A stretch of 64,000 nt of DNA, from contig JAYFMW010000020.1 in the NCBI GenBank assembly GCA_042408215.1, positions 608,001-672,000 of the forward strand, written 5' to 3'. Position 1 is the first letter of the stretch; the number at the start of each line of letters is the position of its first letter. Below are positions 1 through 10,634 of this stretch, piece by piece. The translations under genes were made by a program, and so were the position numbers. The notes under the pieces are model-generated. The model made no database searches. It was given only the letters and a program-made list of their open reading frames with translations, and was not told where the DNA came from. This DNA is from Microcoleus sp. (GTDB lineage Bacteria > Cyanobacteriota > Cyanobacteriia > Cyanobacteriales > Microcoleaceae).

Positions 1-1
1 A

Positions 2-1384
2 CAAAGCTCGCAGTTCTGCTTCGGCTGCTTTGAGTGAGGCTGTCCTTTCTGCAACTCGGTTTTCTAAATTGGAGTTTGTTTGCTCTAAAGCGACAAAGGA
101 CGATCGCAATTGTCTTGCCATCTGGTTGAAAGATTGGGCGAGAACGCCTAGTTCGTTGACACCTTGGACTTCGATTTCTCCGTCTAATTCTGCGGAGGTA
201 AAGTCCGATGACTCTGACATTTTTGTTAATGCTTTGGAAGCTTCCAACAATCGGGTAATCGGTTGGGAAACCCAGCGAGAGGTGATAATTCCCAGTCCGA
301 TCGCCAATATGAACGCAAAAAAACACATTAGAATAGTTGTACGAGTATTGGCATTAATTTGCTCCATAAAGTCGGCTTCGGGAATTGCCACTACGATCAG
401 CCAATCCAGACCGCGGCCATCTCGCAAGGGAGCAACAGTAATGAATTGACGCTTGCCGTCTAGATCGAAGGTAAACTGTCCTTGGCTGTCAATTTGTGCA
501 AAACTGCCAAATCTGTTTTGTAAATACGTGGCGGCCGATCGAATTAGCAGATTTTTGCTGTCGGTGGCCAACAGCCGTTTTTGTCCGTCGCCTTCGGTAA
601 CAAAGGGCAATTCCTCGGTGGAACTAGCAACTATTTCGCCGCTGCGTTCGATCGCAAAAACTTGTCCAGACTGACTGATTTTGATACGTTTGAGAAAATC
701 GCTGATTTGGGAAAGAGTGAGGTCAATGGCCAGTACACCTTGCAGGCTGCCAGTTTGGTTGTAGATGGGCGTCACTGGTGTAATGCCGAGAACTGGCGGG
801 GCTGTGAAGACGTAGATGGGAGACCAAGTGGGTTTTCCTGACTGTTTGGCCGTTGTGTACCAAGGTCTGGTACGGGGGTCATAGGGTACGGTTTTGATTA
901 ACTCAGTGCGATTTCCTTGGCTGTCTAGGCGATAAATTTGGCGATCGGGAGCGGTTGATTCGTCTCTGATGTATACTAAATTTTCGGCTTCTCTCTTGAG
1001 TAATAGAAATCTACCCTGTTCGTCGCCGTAGTAGATAGTTGTCATGCGATCGCTCAGTTTGGTTTGGTTCCAAAAATAGCGTTCCAAGTTACCGAAGTCT
1101 TCAGGGTCTAAGTTTCCAGAGGCGATCGCAGCAGTATTCATTTGCAGAAACAGGTGAGACACATCCCCAAAACTTTGGAAATTTTCTTTAGTCCTGGCTG
1201 CGACTTCCAAACTCAACCTAGTAGCGAGGTCATTGACGGCTTTTTGACCGTTGCGAAAAGACAACCATCCCGTAACACCCACCGCTACAGAGATTTGCAC
1301 AACCAGCGGCACTAACAACACCAGACGCAGCGACATTTTTGGCGAACTTTTCATCAGGCGAGAACTCAGACTTTTGAATAACAT
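2..1384 (-). CDS. Membrane sensor with Cache + HAMP domains (5' part; continues beyond the left edge), probably a kinase/cyclase
   Basis: Manual minus-strand translation from ATG at 1384, open to the window edge: MLFKSLSSRL...LRLVLLVPLVVQISVAVGVTGWLSFRNGQKAVNDL (TM1), YDPRTRPWY...WSPIY (Cache), LDWLIVVAIPEADF, TM2, then QPITRL...NELGVLAQSFNQMA (HAMP). Not in the ORF track because the stop is outside the window. Confidence 0.9.
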   Translation of the reverse strand, partial: MLFKSLSSRLMKSSPKMSLRLVLLVPLVVQISVAVGVTGWLSFRNGQKAVNDLATRLSLEVAARTKENFQSFGDVSHLFLQMNTAAIASGNLDPEDFGNLERYFWNQTKLSDRMTTIYYGDEQGRFLLLKREAENLVYIRDESTAPDRQIYRLDSQGNRTELIKTVPYDPRTRPWYTTAKQSGKPTWSPIYVFTAPPVLGITPVTPIYNQTGSLQGVLAIDLTLSQISDFLKRIKISQSGQVFAIERSGEIVASSTEELPFVTEGDGQKRLLATDSKNLLIRSAATYLQNRFGSFAQIDSQGQFTFDLDGKRQFITVAPLRDGRGLDWLIVVAIPEADFMEQINANTRTTILMCFFAFILAIGLGIITSRWVSQPITRLLEASKALTKMSESSDFTSAELDGEIEVQGVNELGVLAQSFNQMARQLRSSFVALEQTNSNLENRVAERTASLKAAEAELRAL

Positions 1385-1693
1385 CAGTTTTTGACACCAA
1401 CCCGGTTTGCGTATTGTGCGATCGTTAAGCAGATGCCCTAGATATAAGTCAGCACTTCGACTTCGCGAGCGTGACCGGTTGTCGTGAAGTGCTGCCACTG
1501 CCGCTACAATTTGGCGATCGCGCTTCCACCGATATTGTAAAGACTTCCAATATTAATGATGCCACTACTTGACTGTTGCAGCGCGATCGTCAGCCAGCAC
1601 CTCTGTCACCAACCCGCACTCTGGCCTGTTCCGCAACAACCATAAACGACGATATAGCAGATTCCACGTTTATGAAGCTCGATCGCCGCCGTA

Positions 1694-1722
1694 GTAGGGA
1701 CACGGCACTGCCGTGTCCCTAC
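1694..1722. repeat. REP-like palindrome GTAGGGACACGGCACTGCCGTGTCCCTAC
   Basis: Near-perfect palindrome; family members recur at about 8830, 9143-9193, 9581-9609, 17906 and 52403. Confidence 0.85.
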
Positions 1723-2065
1723 CTCTGCTAGTACCTACTTTTTCGCGTCCGTAGCCGGAAAAATGTAAGTGATTTAACAATATCTACTTTAAAAATCTGC
1801 TATTAATAAATCCTATAGCAACCAGAGGGATGATTAGGACGTGATTAATTGCTGAAACTAGCAGCGCTTAATTCCATCTTCCTGCTTCCTGCTTCCTTCT
1901 TCCTTATTCCTTATTCCTTCAATATCCGGCTATAGTTGGCAAAAATCCATCCAACCAATCCAGGCAAGTTAAGCATCTACAACTAATCGCCGATCGCAAA
2001 TTTAAGTATTTGCAGACCTTCGGACAATCCAGATTTTATCAGAAGTAATACTTTGGGAGGATGAC

Positions 2066-2410
2066 ATGAACTATACATTTGAAATCCTGGGCGTAGCTCC
2101 AACTTTATGCTTTTTCAATCAACAGCAGGAATTGCTGCTTTTGCAGCAATCGGCGGGTGTAGAATACTTGGGAAACCGCAAATGCACTCTAGATTCCTTT
2201 GTGGCATCAGTGGAGACAGTTTCGCCCAACCGCGGCTGGGATGTCGATCGAGTCGTTAATACCGCGATCGGTTACTGGATGAACAACTCAGAAAGTATTC
2301 AGTATTGGAAGCAGAGGTTACAGGATGCCGGCAGCGAGAACTTATTAGTCGCCAGAGTCGGCGACATCAAATCTTTGCAAGCCGCATTTGAATCGCTGCT
2401 GGGGCCATAA
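2066..2410 (+). CDS. Hypothetical protein (114 aa)
   Basis: ATG preceded by GGGAGGA Shine-Dalgarno; protein-like composition. Confidence 0.75.
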   Translation: MNYTFEILGVAPTLCFFNQQQELLLLQQSAGVEYLGNRKCTLDSFVASVETVSPNRGWDVDRVVNTAIGYWMNNSESIQYWKQRLQDAGSENLLVARVGDIKSLQAAFESLLGP

Positions 2411-2489
2411 AAAAATCGGGAATTGGTAATTGGCGATCGACAATAGTTAGAATCAACTATCTCTTGCCAATTTCCCACTCCCAAATCCT

Positions 2490-3515
2490 ATGTCTCGCTC
2501 CAAAGCCCTACAATCTTATATAGTTGTCCGGTTGCTCCTAGCACCGCTGATGCTGTGGACAATCACCACAGCAGTATTTTTGCTGCTGCGGGCCACTCCG
2601 GGCGACCCCATAGATGCCATTCTCGGTTCGCGAGCACCAGCCGCAGCCAAAGCAGCAATGCGAACCCAACTCGGCCTCGACACCCCCCTATGGCAGCAAT
2701 ATCTCAAGTACATGAAAGACTTATTCAGTCTGGACTTGGGAACCTCCATCACCACTCGCGGACAAACCGTATGGCAAATAATCGGCGACTATTTCCCCGC
2801 TACGGTGGAATTAGCAGTTTTTAGCATGGCCATAGCCTTAATTGTCGGCATCAGCATCGGTTCCCTGGCAGCATCCCGCCCCAACACTATTTTCGATGTT
2901 GTAGGCCGTTTATTTGGCATTATCACTTACTCCCTGCCGGCTTTTTGGGCTGGGATGGTATTGCAATTAATTTTCGCAGTCCAGTTAGGCTGGTTTCCCT
3001 TGGGAACACGCTTTCCGGTGACATTAACAGCACCCCAAGGCTATACCGGACTGTACACTATAGATAGTATTCTGAGCGCTAACCCCGATCAGTTTCTCAT
3101 TTCTTTGCATTATTTAGCACTGCCGAGTTTGACCCTAGGCATTCTTTTGAGCGGCATTTTCGAGCGCATTGTGAGAGTGAATCTCAAGCAAACTTTGCAA
3201 GCAGATTATGTAGAGGCTGCTAGAGCTAGAGGCATTCCCGAATTGCAAATTTTATGGGCTCACGCTCTGAAAAATGCGCTAATTCCAGTAATTACAGTCT
3301 TGGGATTAACTTTTGCTGCACTGTTGGGTGGCGCTATTTTAACAGAAGTTACTTTTTCTTGGCCGGGGTTGGCAAATCGACTGTATGAAGCGATTAGTTT
3401 GCGGGATTATCCAACAGTCCAAGGAATTGTGGTATTTTTTGCGGGAATAGTCGTGATTGCTAGCATTGTAATTGACATTTTGAATGCTTACATTGACCCG
3501 CGAATTCGTTACTAA
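2490..3515 (+). CDS. Peptide/nickel ABC transporter permease (DppB/OppB family)
   Basis: N-terminal PGDP...GLD.PLWQQY motif, EAA loop DYVEAARARGI, six hydrophobic segments, ending DPRIRY. Confidence 0.93.
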   Translation: MSRSKALQSYIVVRLLLAPLMLWTITTAVFLLLRATPGDPIDAILGSRAPAAAKAAMRTQLGLDTPLWQQYLKYMKDLFSLDLGTSITTRGQTVWQIIGDYFPATVELAVFSMAIALIVGISIGSLAASRPNTIFDVVGRLFGIITYSLPAFWAGMVLQLIFAVQLGWFPLGTRFPVTLTAPQGYTGLYTIDSILSANPDQFLISLHYLALPSLTLGILLSGIFERIVRVNLKQTLQADYVEAARARGIPELQILWAHALKNALIPVITVLGLTFAALLGGAILTEVTFSWPGLANRLYEAISLRDYPTVQGIVVFFAGIVVIASIVIDILNAYIDPRIRY

Positions 3516-3610
3516 ATCAGATCGATTCCGGTTGCGCCGGAATGTTGACAGTTGACTGTAGACCGTTGACTGTTAAAAAATATTTTTGAGTCCCACCGAA
3601 ATTGATATAA

Positions 3611-3705
3611 TAGGACTTACGCATTAACAACGTAATTATGTCATTCGCCAGCATTGCGAAGCATCTCCAAACCTTGTAAAACCGTCATTTAGTGCGTAAG
3701 TCCTA
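3611..3705. mobile_element. 95-bp MITE-like element with 13-bp terminal inverted repeats TAGGACTTACGCA
   Basis: TAGGACTTACGCA at 3611-3623 and TGCGTAAGTCCTA at 3693-3705, flanked by oppositely oriented (C/T)TGTT(G/A)A / AACAGT(T/C) heptamer tracts. Confidence 0.7.
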
Positions 3706-3767
3706 ATACAGTCAACAGTTAACAGTCAACAGTTAACAGTTAACAGTCAATATTTGAGGAAACGCTG

Positions 3768-4241
3768 ATGAGATTGTTACCAACAATAGCCACTTTATCC
3801 GCTGTCTTGACTCCACTGATGGCCGAAGCAGCTTTTAGCCTTCCCATGCCCAGAACAGCAGACTTTCCTGTTACCTCAAACCCCCAAGTAAACGTACCCG
3901 TTTGCTACATCGAAACCACAAGCGGCACAACTTTTGATTTAGGCAGTTTGTGTGGCCGCAATAGTGATCCCGTAGCTAAGAATAACCGTGATTCCAGTAC
4001 CGTCAACCCCAACCCAGGCGCGGCGACTCCCAAACCCAATGTCATCACGAGAGATGCTGTCGGCACCCCGACAACTACTCCTGCGGGTACGAATCCGAAT
4101 AATCCAAATAATCCCAATAATCCCAATCCAGGAACTTCCCCAACTACCAATCCCAATAATCTCAATCCGGGAACTTCGCCAACTACCAATCCCAATAACA
4201 ATCAGTCTCCCAACAGTGGAACTGACAACGGCACTTTTTGA
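3768..4241 (+). CDS. Secreted hypothetical protein with Asn/Pro/Thr-rich tail
   Basis: Signal-peptide-like N-terminus, CYIETTSGTTFDLGSLCG motif, NPN repeats; GAGG RBS upstream. Confidence 0.75.
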   Translation: MRLLPTIATLSAVLTPLMAEAAFSLPMPRTADFPVTSNPQVNVPVCYIETTSGTTFDLGSLCGRNSDPVAKNNRDSSTVNPNPGAATPKPNVITRDAVGTPTTTPAGTNPNNPNNPNNPNPGTSPTTNPNNLNPGTSPTTNPNNNQSPNSGTDNGTF

Positions 4242-4500
4242 ACTGCCATAATAAGTTAAGCTAAGAAATAGAAGTTGCCGATCGCACTTGAGGAGAGAGA
4301 CATATAGTGTCAAACTTAGTTCAACGCTTAAACATTACCGCTCATCCGCAACTGGAAAAATCCCTCGGCTATCGAGGAGAGAGCCTGTGGGTAGCTTGGC
4401 GGTGGGAACCGGAAATCGAGCAACTTATTTGCAGCGACGGCAAAAAAGTCGAGACTGGCAATAATATGGCTTGGCTGGTGTTTTTACCAAGAAATTGGGT

Positions 4501-4655
4501 CTAAAGCCCCGTCCTTGTAGGACGGCTTTTCTTTAACTTCCGGATCATCTCTCTAAGCACGTCATTTTGAGTGCGCTCCGATTTCTCGCAATATTTCAAA
4601 AGTATTTCATACTCTTCGTTAGAACACCGAACCGTTAATTTTTTAAGGCCGTCAT
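4501..4655 (-). pseudogene. Small ribbon-helix-helix/CopG-like ORF divergent from tnpB, one base short in an A-run
   Basis: Reads (MTALKK)LTVRCSNEEYEILLKYCEKSERTQNDVLREMIRKLKK...GL*. The ATG at 4655 is in frame only if the 6-T run at 4639-4644 were 7. Confidence 0.55.
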
Positions 4656-4685
4656 ATTGCTGTCAACCTATGGTAGAATACTAGC

Positions 4686-5807
4686 ATGAAAACACTGAAG
4701 TTTAAACTCTACGCACACAAACGGAATAGACACCTCAAGCGCACAATTAATGCTGCTGGGGTGATTTATAACCATTGCATTGCCCTACACAAACGGTACT
4801 ACCGGATGTGGGGTAAACACTTAAACTGTGCAAAACTTCAGTCTCATATCGCCAAACTGCGGAAGAGAAACCCATTTTGGCAATCACTAGGTTCTCAGGC
4901 AGTACAAGATATATGTCAACGCATTGAGAAAGCCTACCAACTATTTTTTAAGCATAACAAGAAAGGAGTTAGACCACCAGGATTCAAGAAAGTTAAGAAG
5001 TACAAGTCTTTCACCCTCAAGCAATCAGGTTATAAGTGGGTGGGTGGGAACAGGGTAAAAATTGGTAGTCGAGTTTATCAATTCTGGAAATCCAGAGAGA
5101 TAGAAGGAACCGTTAAAACTTTAACCATTAAACGCACCCCGTTGGGTGAATTGTTTCTGGTTTTGGTTGTTGACGACGTTAGCCCAGAAGTTGAAGTTAA
5201 GACGGGTAGAATCGCTGGTTTTGACTTTGGGTTAAAGACATTCCTCACCTGCTCAGACGGTACAATAATTGAGTCTCCCCAATTTTTTAAACAATCCCTA
5301 AGCACTATTAAAAAAGCTAGTAAACAGCATTCTAAAAAGCTAAAAGGCTCATCAAACAGAGAAAGAGCTAGAAAGAATCTAGTACGCAAGCATGAGGATA
5401 TCTCTAATCGTCGGCATGATTGGTTCTGGAAGTTAGCCCATGAGCTAACTGATAAGTTCGATCTTCTCTGCTTTGAGACTTTAAATCTCAAGGGGATGCA
5501 ACGTCTTTGGGGTAGAAAGATATCAGACTTGGCGTTTGGTGAGTTTCTACAAATCCTAGAATGGGTTGCCAAAAAGAAGAATAAAGTGGTTGTTTTTATT
5601 GGCCAGTGGTACCCCAGCAGCAAGACTTGTCGAGAGTGTGGACAGGTTCTAGAAAAACTAGATTTATCAGTTCGAGAGTGGCGTTGTCCCTCCTGTCAAT
5701 CGGTTAACGGAAGAGACGAAAACGCCGCTAAAAATATTCAAGCAGTCGGGGCATCGACTGTTAGCTTAGGTGATGTCAGACAGGCTAGTCCTGCAATTAC
5801 TGCTTGA
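4686..5807 (+). CDS. tnpB: RNA-guided endonuclease TnpB, apparently intact
   Basis: MKTLKFKLY N-terminus, RuvC motifs GFDFGLKTF, CFETLNL and GRDENAAKNI, Zn-ribbon CRECG...CPSC. Confidence 0.95.
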   Translation: MKTLKFKLYAHKRNRHLKRTINAAGVIYNHCIALHKRYYRMWGKHLNCAKLQSHIAKLRKRNPFWQSLGSQAVQDICQRIEKAYQLFFKHNKKGVRPPGFKKVKKYKSFTLKQSGYKWVGGNRVKIGSRVYQFWKSREIEGTVKTLTIKRTPLGELFLVLVVDDVSPEVEVKTGRIAGFDFGLKTFLTCSDGTIIESPQFFKQSLSTIKKASKQHSKKLKGSSNRERARKNLVRKHEDISNRRHDWFWKLAHELTDKFDLLCFETLNLKGMQRLWGRKISDLAFGEFLQILEWVAKKKNKVVVFIGQWYPSSKTCRECGQVLEKLDLSVREWRCPSCQSVNGRDENAAKNIQAVGASTVSLGDVRQASPAITA

Positions 5808-7025
5808 AGCTAGAATCAAGAGTGCGTTCACGCCGGGGAGTATGTCAAAGCATGACCTAGTTCAGCCTGTCCTACAAGAATACAATCTCGGCGAGGGCGA
5901 TCGCCATTCGCTGCTTTTGGACAGGAAAACTAGAAACCTTTACATTGGCGAAGGGACAGCAATTCAAAGTCTGCTAGAACAGCCAGAAAGTTTAGGATTG
6001 TTGACTTGTCTCGATAGTAACACAAAAGGCGATCGCAACTTTGCCGAAACTTGGCAAAAAAAGCTAGCTAAAACCACAAAAACCAACGCTTTTCGGCACC
6101 TAACAAATCTAATTCCCATCAGTATTGCGGCAACTTTAATCAGTGCGTTGGGAGTAGGAACAGGGCTTTGGCTAGTCCCGGCGGTGCAGCAGAAACTAGC
6201 CCAAAAAACAGCTCCAATTTCCCCTATGAGTTTTGAAGCTAGCTGCTATATTGGTCAGTCATACAAATTTTCATCCCATGTCGGTTCCTTAAATGGAAAT
6301 AAAGAACTGCACTTAATAGCCGTTTACGAAGCTACTTCGCCACAGGAAAACGGAAATCGAGCAAAAAGTGCGATCGAAGTAAAAGTAGAACGCCAAAACA
6401 AACCGATAATTCTCGCACTTTCAGCCTACGAACCCCTTAACTGGAATGTGACTGTAGAACCAGGAGCAGTCATCGAAAAAATCCTGGTTAACGGATACCA
6501 CAACCAAACTATTTCTGGAGTTACTGGAATTCCCATTGAAGAACACAGCTACGACGAAACCGGAGACTACCTCGGCAACTTTATCTACAAATGGGATGCG
6601 ACTACTGAAAGTACAAATACTCCCTCACTCGTCACTAAATTAGAACAGATAAATCACACAAAATTGACTTCTTTTCAAGGATGTTACCGAGGTACAAGCT
6701 TTACGATTAAGTAAAGATTAAAGGTTAACACTATAAGTGGAGACAGACACCGACAGGTGAAAACGATCGCCTAAAACCGCAAAACCCGTCCAGGCGTTTT
6801 TTTTTGATTGAGAGTTAAATTTATTGAACTTTGTATGATATAATGTCCCGTGGTATAAATAATGTATTATTTAATGCCTGTAGGGGCGGGTGCACCAAAA
6901 GCTCAAAAAAGTACAGACAGGTTAAATAAACCCGTCCCCACCCACAATCAAATTAACTCTTTGTGGAACAGGCATCTTGCCTGTTATTGAGAATGATAGA
7001 AGATGTGAGTTTAACCCGAATTAAG

Positions 7026-7799
7026 ATGAAATACTGGTACGAAACCCTAGCTGTAGCCCAGCGAATTTTAATTGAACTGTTCCGGCGAAAACGCAGCTTA
7101 ATCCTCTGGAGTATTTTCCCAGTTTCTATCTTGATCATTAACGCATTGATCTTAAAAGAACGCGCCAATCTCACCACAGCAAAAGCCTTTGAAAGTGCAG
7201 CACCTGCAAGCCTAGTAGGAGCCGCCTTATTTTTTAGCTGTCTCGGCGGGAGCGTCGCAACAGTAGTAGCAGAGCGAGAACAGCATACTCTCAAACGCCT
7301 ATTTATTTCCCCTCTAAGTGGGACTTCCTACTTTTTAGGAATTTTTCTAGCTCACAGTTGCATCGGCATCGGTCAGGTACTTTTAGTATATGCGATCGCA
7401 GCTTGTTTCGGAGCACAATTCCAAGGTTCGATTCTGTTAGGAAGTGCGATTATTCTACTCAGTATTATATCTTACGTCGGTGTCGGCTTCATTCTCGGAA
7501 CCCAATTCGCGAAGCGCACAGAAGATGTCAACTCCCTAGTAGCAGCATTCGGAGTTCCTTTGTTAATTTTAGGAGGCGCATTTTTGCCGACAGCACTGTT
7601 TCCCAAAAGCCTCTTAGAACTGGCAAAATATAATCCAATTTATCACATGAACGAATCGCTAATCCAAGTTTGGGCCAACGGCAAAAACTTGGATGATATT
7701 TCCGAACACTTCTGGTTCTTATTCATATTTTCTCTAGCAATGATAGCAGGTGGATGGCTTTCTTACCGCAGGATGTTGAGAGTAGAAAGAAGACTTTAG
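7026..7799 (+). CDS. ABC-2 type transporter permease
   Basis: Six TM segments, EREQHTLKRL motif. Start placed at MKYWYETLAV because the upstream extension from 6963 lies in a dispersed repeat. Confidence 0.88.
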   Translation: MKYWYETLAVAQRILIELFRRKRSLILWSIFPVSILIINALILKERANLTTAKAFESAAPASLVGAALFFSCLGGSVATVVAEREQHTLKRLFISPLSGTSYFLGIFLAHSCIGIGQVLLVYAIAACFGAQFQGSILLGSAIILLSIISYVGVGFILGTQFAKRTEDVNSLVAAFGVPLLILGGAFLPTALFPKSLLELAKYNPIYHMNESLIQVWANGKNLDDISEHFWFLFIFSLAMIAGGWLSYRRMLRVERRL

Positions 7800-7867
7800 A
7801 ACTCTCTCTTCTCCTCCTCTGCGCCCTCTGCGCCCTCTGCGGTTAAAAAAAACCAAAACAACCGTAA

Positions 7868-8803
7868 ATGCTCATATACAAAAAACTACGGAGAATTCAA
7901 GCAGTGCTGCAAATAGAAAAGCTAAATAAATCCTATGGTAATCGTTCAGTGCTTCGAGATTTAACACTGCACATACAACCAGGAGAAATCTATGGTTTGC
8001 TCGGACAAAACGGTGCAGGAAAAACTACCACAATCAATATTTTATGCAATTTGCTCAATGCAGACAGTGGCCAGATCACCCTCAATGGCGAACCAGTTTC
8101 AGACTCAACAAAACCCTTAATCGGTGTAGCACCCCAAGATAATTTGCTTTACAAAAGCCTGAGTTGCGAAGAAAATCTCAACTTTTTTGCTCAAATTTAT
8201 GGCTTAGATAGCAAGCAAAGAAGTTATCAAGTAGAGCAATGTTTAAAAGCAGTAAATTTGACAGATAGAGCTAAAAGCCCGGTGGAAACTTTGAGCGGAG
8301 GAATGCAGCGCCGATTGAATATTGCGGTGGCTTTGGTGCACCAACCTAAGTTAGTAATTTTAGATGAACCGACAACAGGCTTAGACATAGAAGCCCGCTA
8401 TGAAATTTGGGAGTTAATTCAGCAATTGCAATCTCAAGGAATTACGATTTTGCTAACAACCCACTTATTAGATGAAGCTGAACGTCTTTGTCAGAGAATT
8501 GGAATTTTAAAAAATGGCAGTATTGTAGCTGAAGGCAGTTTGGAGGAGTTGCGAAAACTGATTCCGGCTCAGGAGATTATTATTGTCAAAACCGAACAAG
8601 AAGCTGAAGTCATCGCCCGCGCTGACAAGTACAATTTCATTCCCCGTCGTTACGGTAGCGATTTAGCATTTTGGCTACCGGAACCTTTAGAATTAAAAGA
8701 GATTATTTGGCGTTTTGATGGAATTTCCATTGACTCAATTGCGCGGTATCCGGTGAGGCTAGAACATATTTATGTCGAGGTGACGAAACAAACGGTATCT
8801 TAA
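7868..8803 (+). CDS. ABC transporter ATP-binding protein
   Basis: Walker A GQNGAGKTT, signature LSGGMQRR, Walker B ILDEPT; true start may be GTG at 7904. Confidence 0.95.
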   Translation: MLIYKKLRRIQAVLQIEKLNKSYGNRSVLRDLTLHIQPGEIYGLLGQNGAGKTTTINILCNLLNADSGQITLNGEPVSDSTKPLIGVAPQDNLLYKSLSCEENLNFFAQIYGLDSKQRSYQVEQCLKAVNLTDRAKSPVETLSGGMQRRLNIAVALVHQPKLVILDEPTTGLDIEARYEIWELIQQLQSQGITILLTTHLLDEAERLCQRIGILKNGSIVAEGSLEELRKLIPAQEIIIVKTEQEAEVIARADKYNFIPRRYGSDLAFWLPEPLELKEIIWRFDGISIDSIARYPVRLEHIYVEVTKQTVS

Positions 8804-8829
8804 TCTGCGTCCATCAGTTATGAAACACG

Positions 8830-9310
8830 GTAGGGACACGGCTCTTGGAGTGTCCCTACAGCCGTCTGCTGTATTTCATCCGCGTACATCCGCGTACATC
8901 CGCTATCATCTGCGGTAAAAATTCCCAAGTAGGGATACGGCCGTGTCCCTACAGCCGTCTGCTGTATTTCATCCGCGTACATCCGCGTACATCCGCTATC
9001 ATCTGCGGTAAAAATTCCCAAGTAGGGAAACGGCTCTTGGAGTGTCCTCATCAAATAACATCTCTTCATCCGCGTTAATCCGCGTACATCCGCTATCATC
9101 TGCGGTAAAAATTCCCAAGTAGGGACTAAGGCCAAGCCGTGAGTAGGGACACGGCAGTGCCGTGAGTAGGGAAACGGCACTGCCGTGTCCCTACTTACGC
9201 ATGGGGGTTCAGGGTTTCCGCGAGAGCTCAACCACCGGGGTTTTTTGACGAAAAGACTTCGTTCAAACCCCTAGATTCGGTAAAAAACCCGGTTTCTTTG
9301 CTGTGCGTAA
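8830..9310. repeat. Composite tandem repeat cluster (about 93-99-bp units) of REP-like and ATCCGCGTAC motifs
   Basis: ATCCGCGTACATCCGCTATCATCTGCGGTAAAAATTCCCAAGTAGGGA occurs three times; related motif at about 35460-35520. Confidence 0.85.
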
Positions 9311-9756
9311 CTCTCCGACACACCACCAACTATCTGTAGCTGTAGTTTTTCTAACAGGAGCTACGCAGGCACATAGTAGGGTTTTCTACTATGCCCAAAC
9401 CCTTATTCTATCAATTTATAACTTCATCTGACGCACTCGACAAGTTGATTTAAGTGTGACAATTGGCTTGAGTTATGTATAATTTTTATCCCTATTTCAA
9501 TCCGTGTTGAGTACCGCTTTCCCTCACTTTTCATCCTGAACTTTGGCTTTTTTAACTGTTACACAATCTAGAAATCCCAAGTAGGGACACGGCAGTGCCG
9601 TGTCCCTACTTACCATGTCTAGATTATAAAGATCTCGTAAACCTTGAGGTTGTGTTACGAAATATTAAATAAACATATAATCTCCAAAACTCTGCCCTTA
9701 GTATGATACAGTTACCTCGAATATGATTTATACAACCCCATTGCAACGCGAGGCCA

Positions 9757-10575
9757 GTGAAAGCCCATTTCATCTCAGGACTACCACGATCAGGCTCTAC
9801 TTTGCTGGCCGCTTTATTGCGCCAAAATCCCCGGTTTCACGCGGCCATGACTAGCCCAGTATGGGGCGCAAGTAGAGCGAATGTTGTCAGCCATGAGCGA
9901 AGACAATGAATGTTCCTTATTTATTTACCCGTAACAAAAAGTAGCGCTAATTCTGAGCATCTTTTCGGCCTATTACCACCCGCAAGTTGAAAAAGAAGTA
10001 ATCTTTGATACCAATCGCCTGTGGTGTAGCAAACTGCCATTAATTCGGGAACTATTTCCTGAAGCCAAAGTCATCTGCTCTGTGAGGACTATTGCTTGGA
10101 TAATGGATAGCATTGAGCTACTAATTCCGCGCAACGCCTTTGATGTTTCGAGGTTATTTGATCCAGCAGAACGGGCTACAGTCGCACCGAGGTATTAAGT
10201 CAAGGTTCGCGTTTAGTGGGTTATGCCTATAACGCCCTGAAAGAAGCATTCTACAGCGAACAGAGTGCATCTATTCTATTGGTTGATTACGATCTATTAA
10301 CCAAAGGGCCGGCTAAAACCATGTCGTTGATTTATCAATTTCTGGGTGAAGAGCCTTTTGAGCATGATTTCGAGAATGTTCAATATGAAGAGCCAGAATT
10401 TGATAATAGACTGCAAACAAAAGGCTTACATCAAGTGCGTGCCCAAGTCGAGTTTAAACCGAGAACAACGATTTTACCTCCCGACTTGTTTGAGCGATTT
10501 GATCGCTTATCTTTTTGGACAGAGGCAACAAATAGCCGCGCTAGTGCGATTGTAGCGAAAGCAAAAGAAACATAG
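9757..10575 (+). pseudogene. Sulfotransferase family pseudogene
   Basis: GTG start, FISGLPRSGSTLLAALLRQNP (5'-PSB motif); after frameshifts FDTNRLWCSKLPLIRELFPEAKVICSVR (3'-PB region); the C-terminus is ORF 10216..10575. Confidence 0.85.
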
Positions 10576-10634
10576 ACTTTGAACGGGTATGCATATCTAA
10601 AGACTCAACCAAAACTATCAGACTATCTACAAAC

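Larger units (their letters stand above)
4488..5848 (+). mobile_element. IS200/IS605-family element lacking Y1 tnpA (IS1341-like)
   Basis: Inserted 3' of TTAC (4484-4487) without target duplication; left hairpin AAAGCCCCGTCCTTGTAGGACGGCTTT; right end ...CGGGGAGTATGTCAA; carries tnpB. Confidence 0.92.
4307..6714 (+). pseudogene. Hypothetical single-TM protein (348 aa reconstructed) split by an IS605-type element
   Basis: Removing 4488-5848 joins TTT TTA C|AG CAT GAC (WLVFLQHDLVQP) in frame, fusing ORF 4307 with the frame of ORF 5770..6714. Confidence 0.88.

Noticed and set aside
30..841. Plus-strand ORFs 30..449, 453..674 and 581..841
   Set aside because: Antisense shadows of the minus-strand Cache/HAMP gene.
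4488..4686. IStron (group I intron fused to IS605) rescuing the split gene
   Set aside because: Only about 200 bp precede tnpB, occupied by an RHH-like ORF; no group I core recognised.
8818..9231. ORFs 8818..9231 (-) and 8845..9078 (+)
   Set aside because: They are translations of the tandem repeat cluster.
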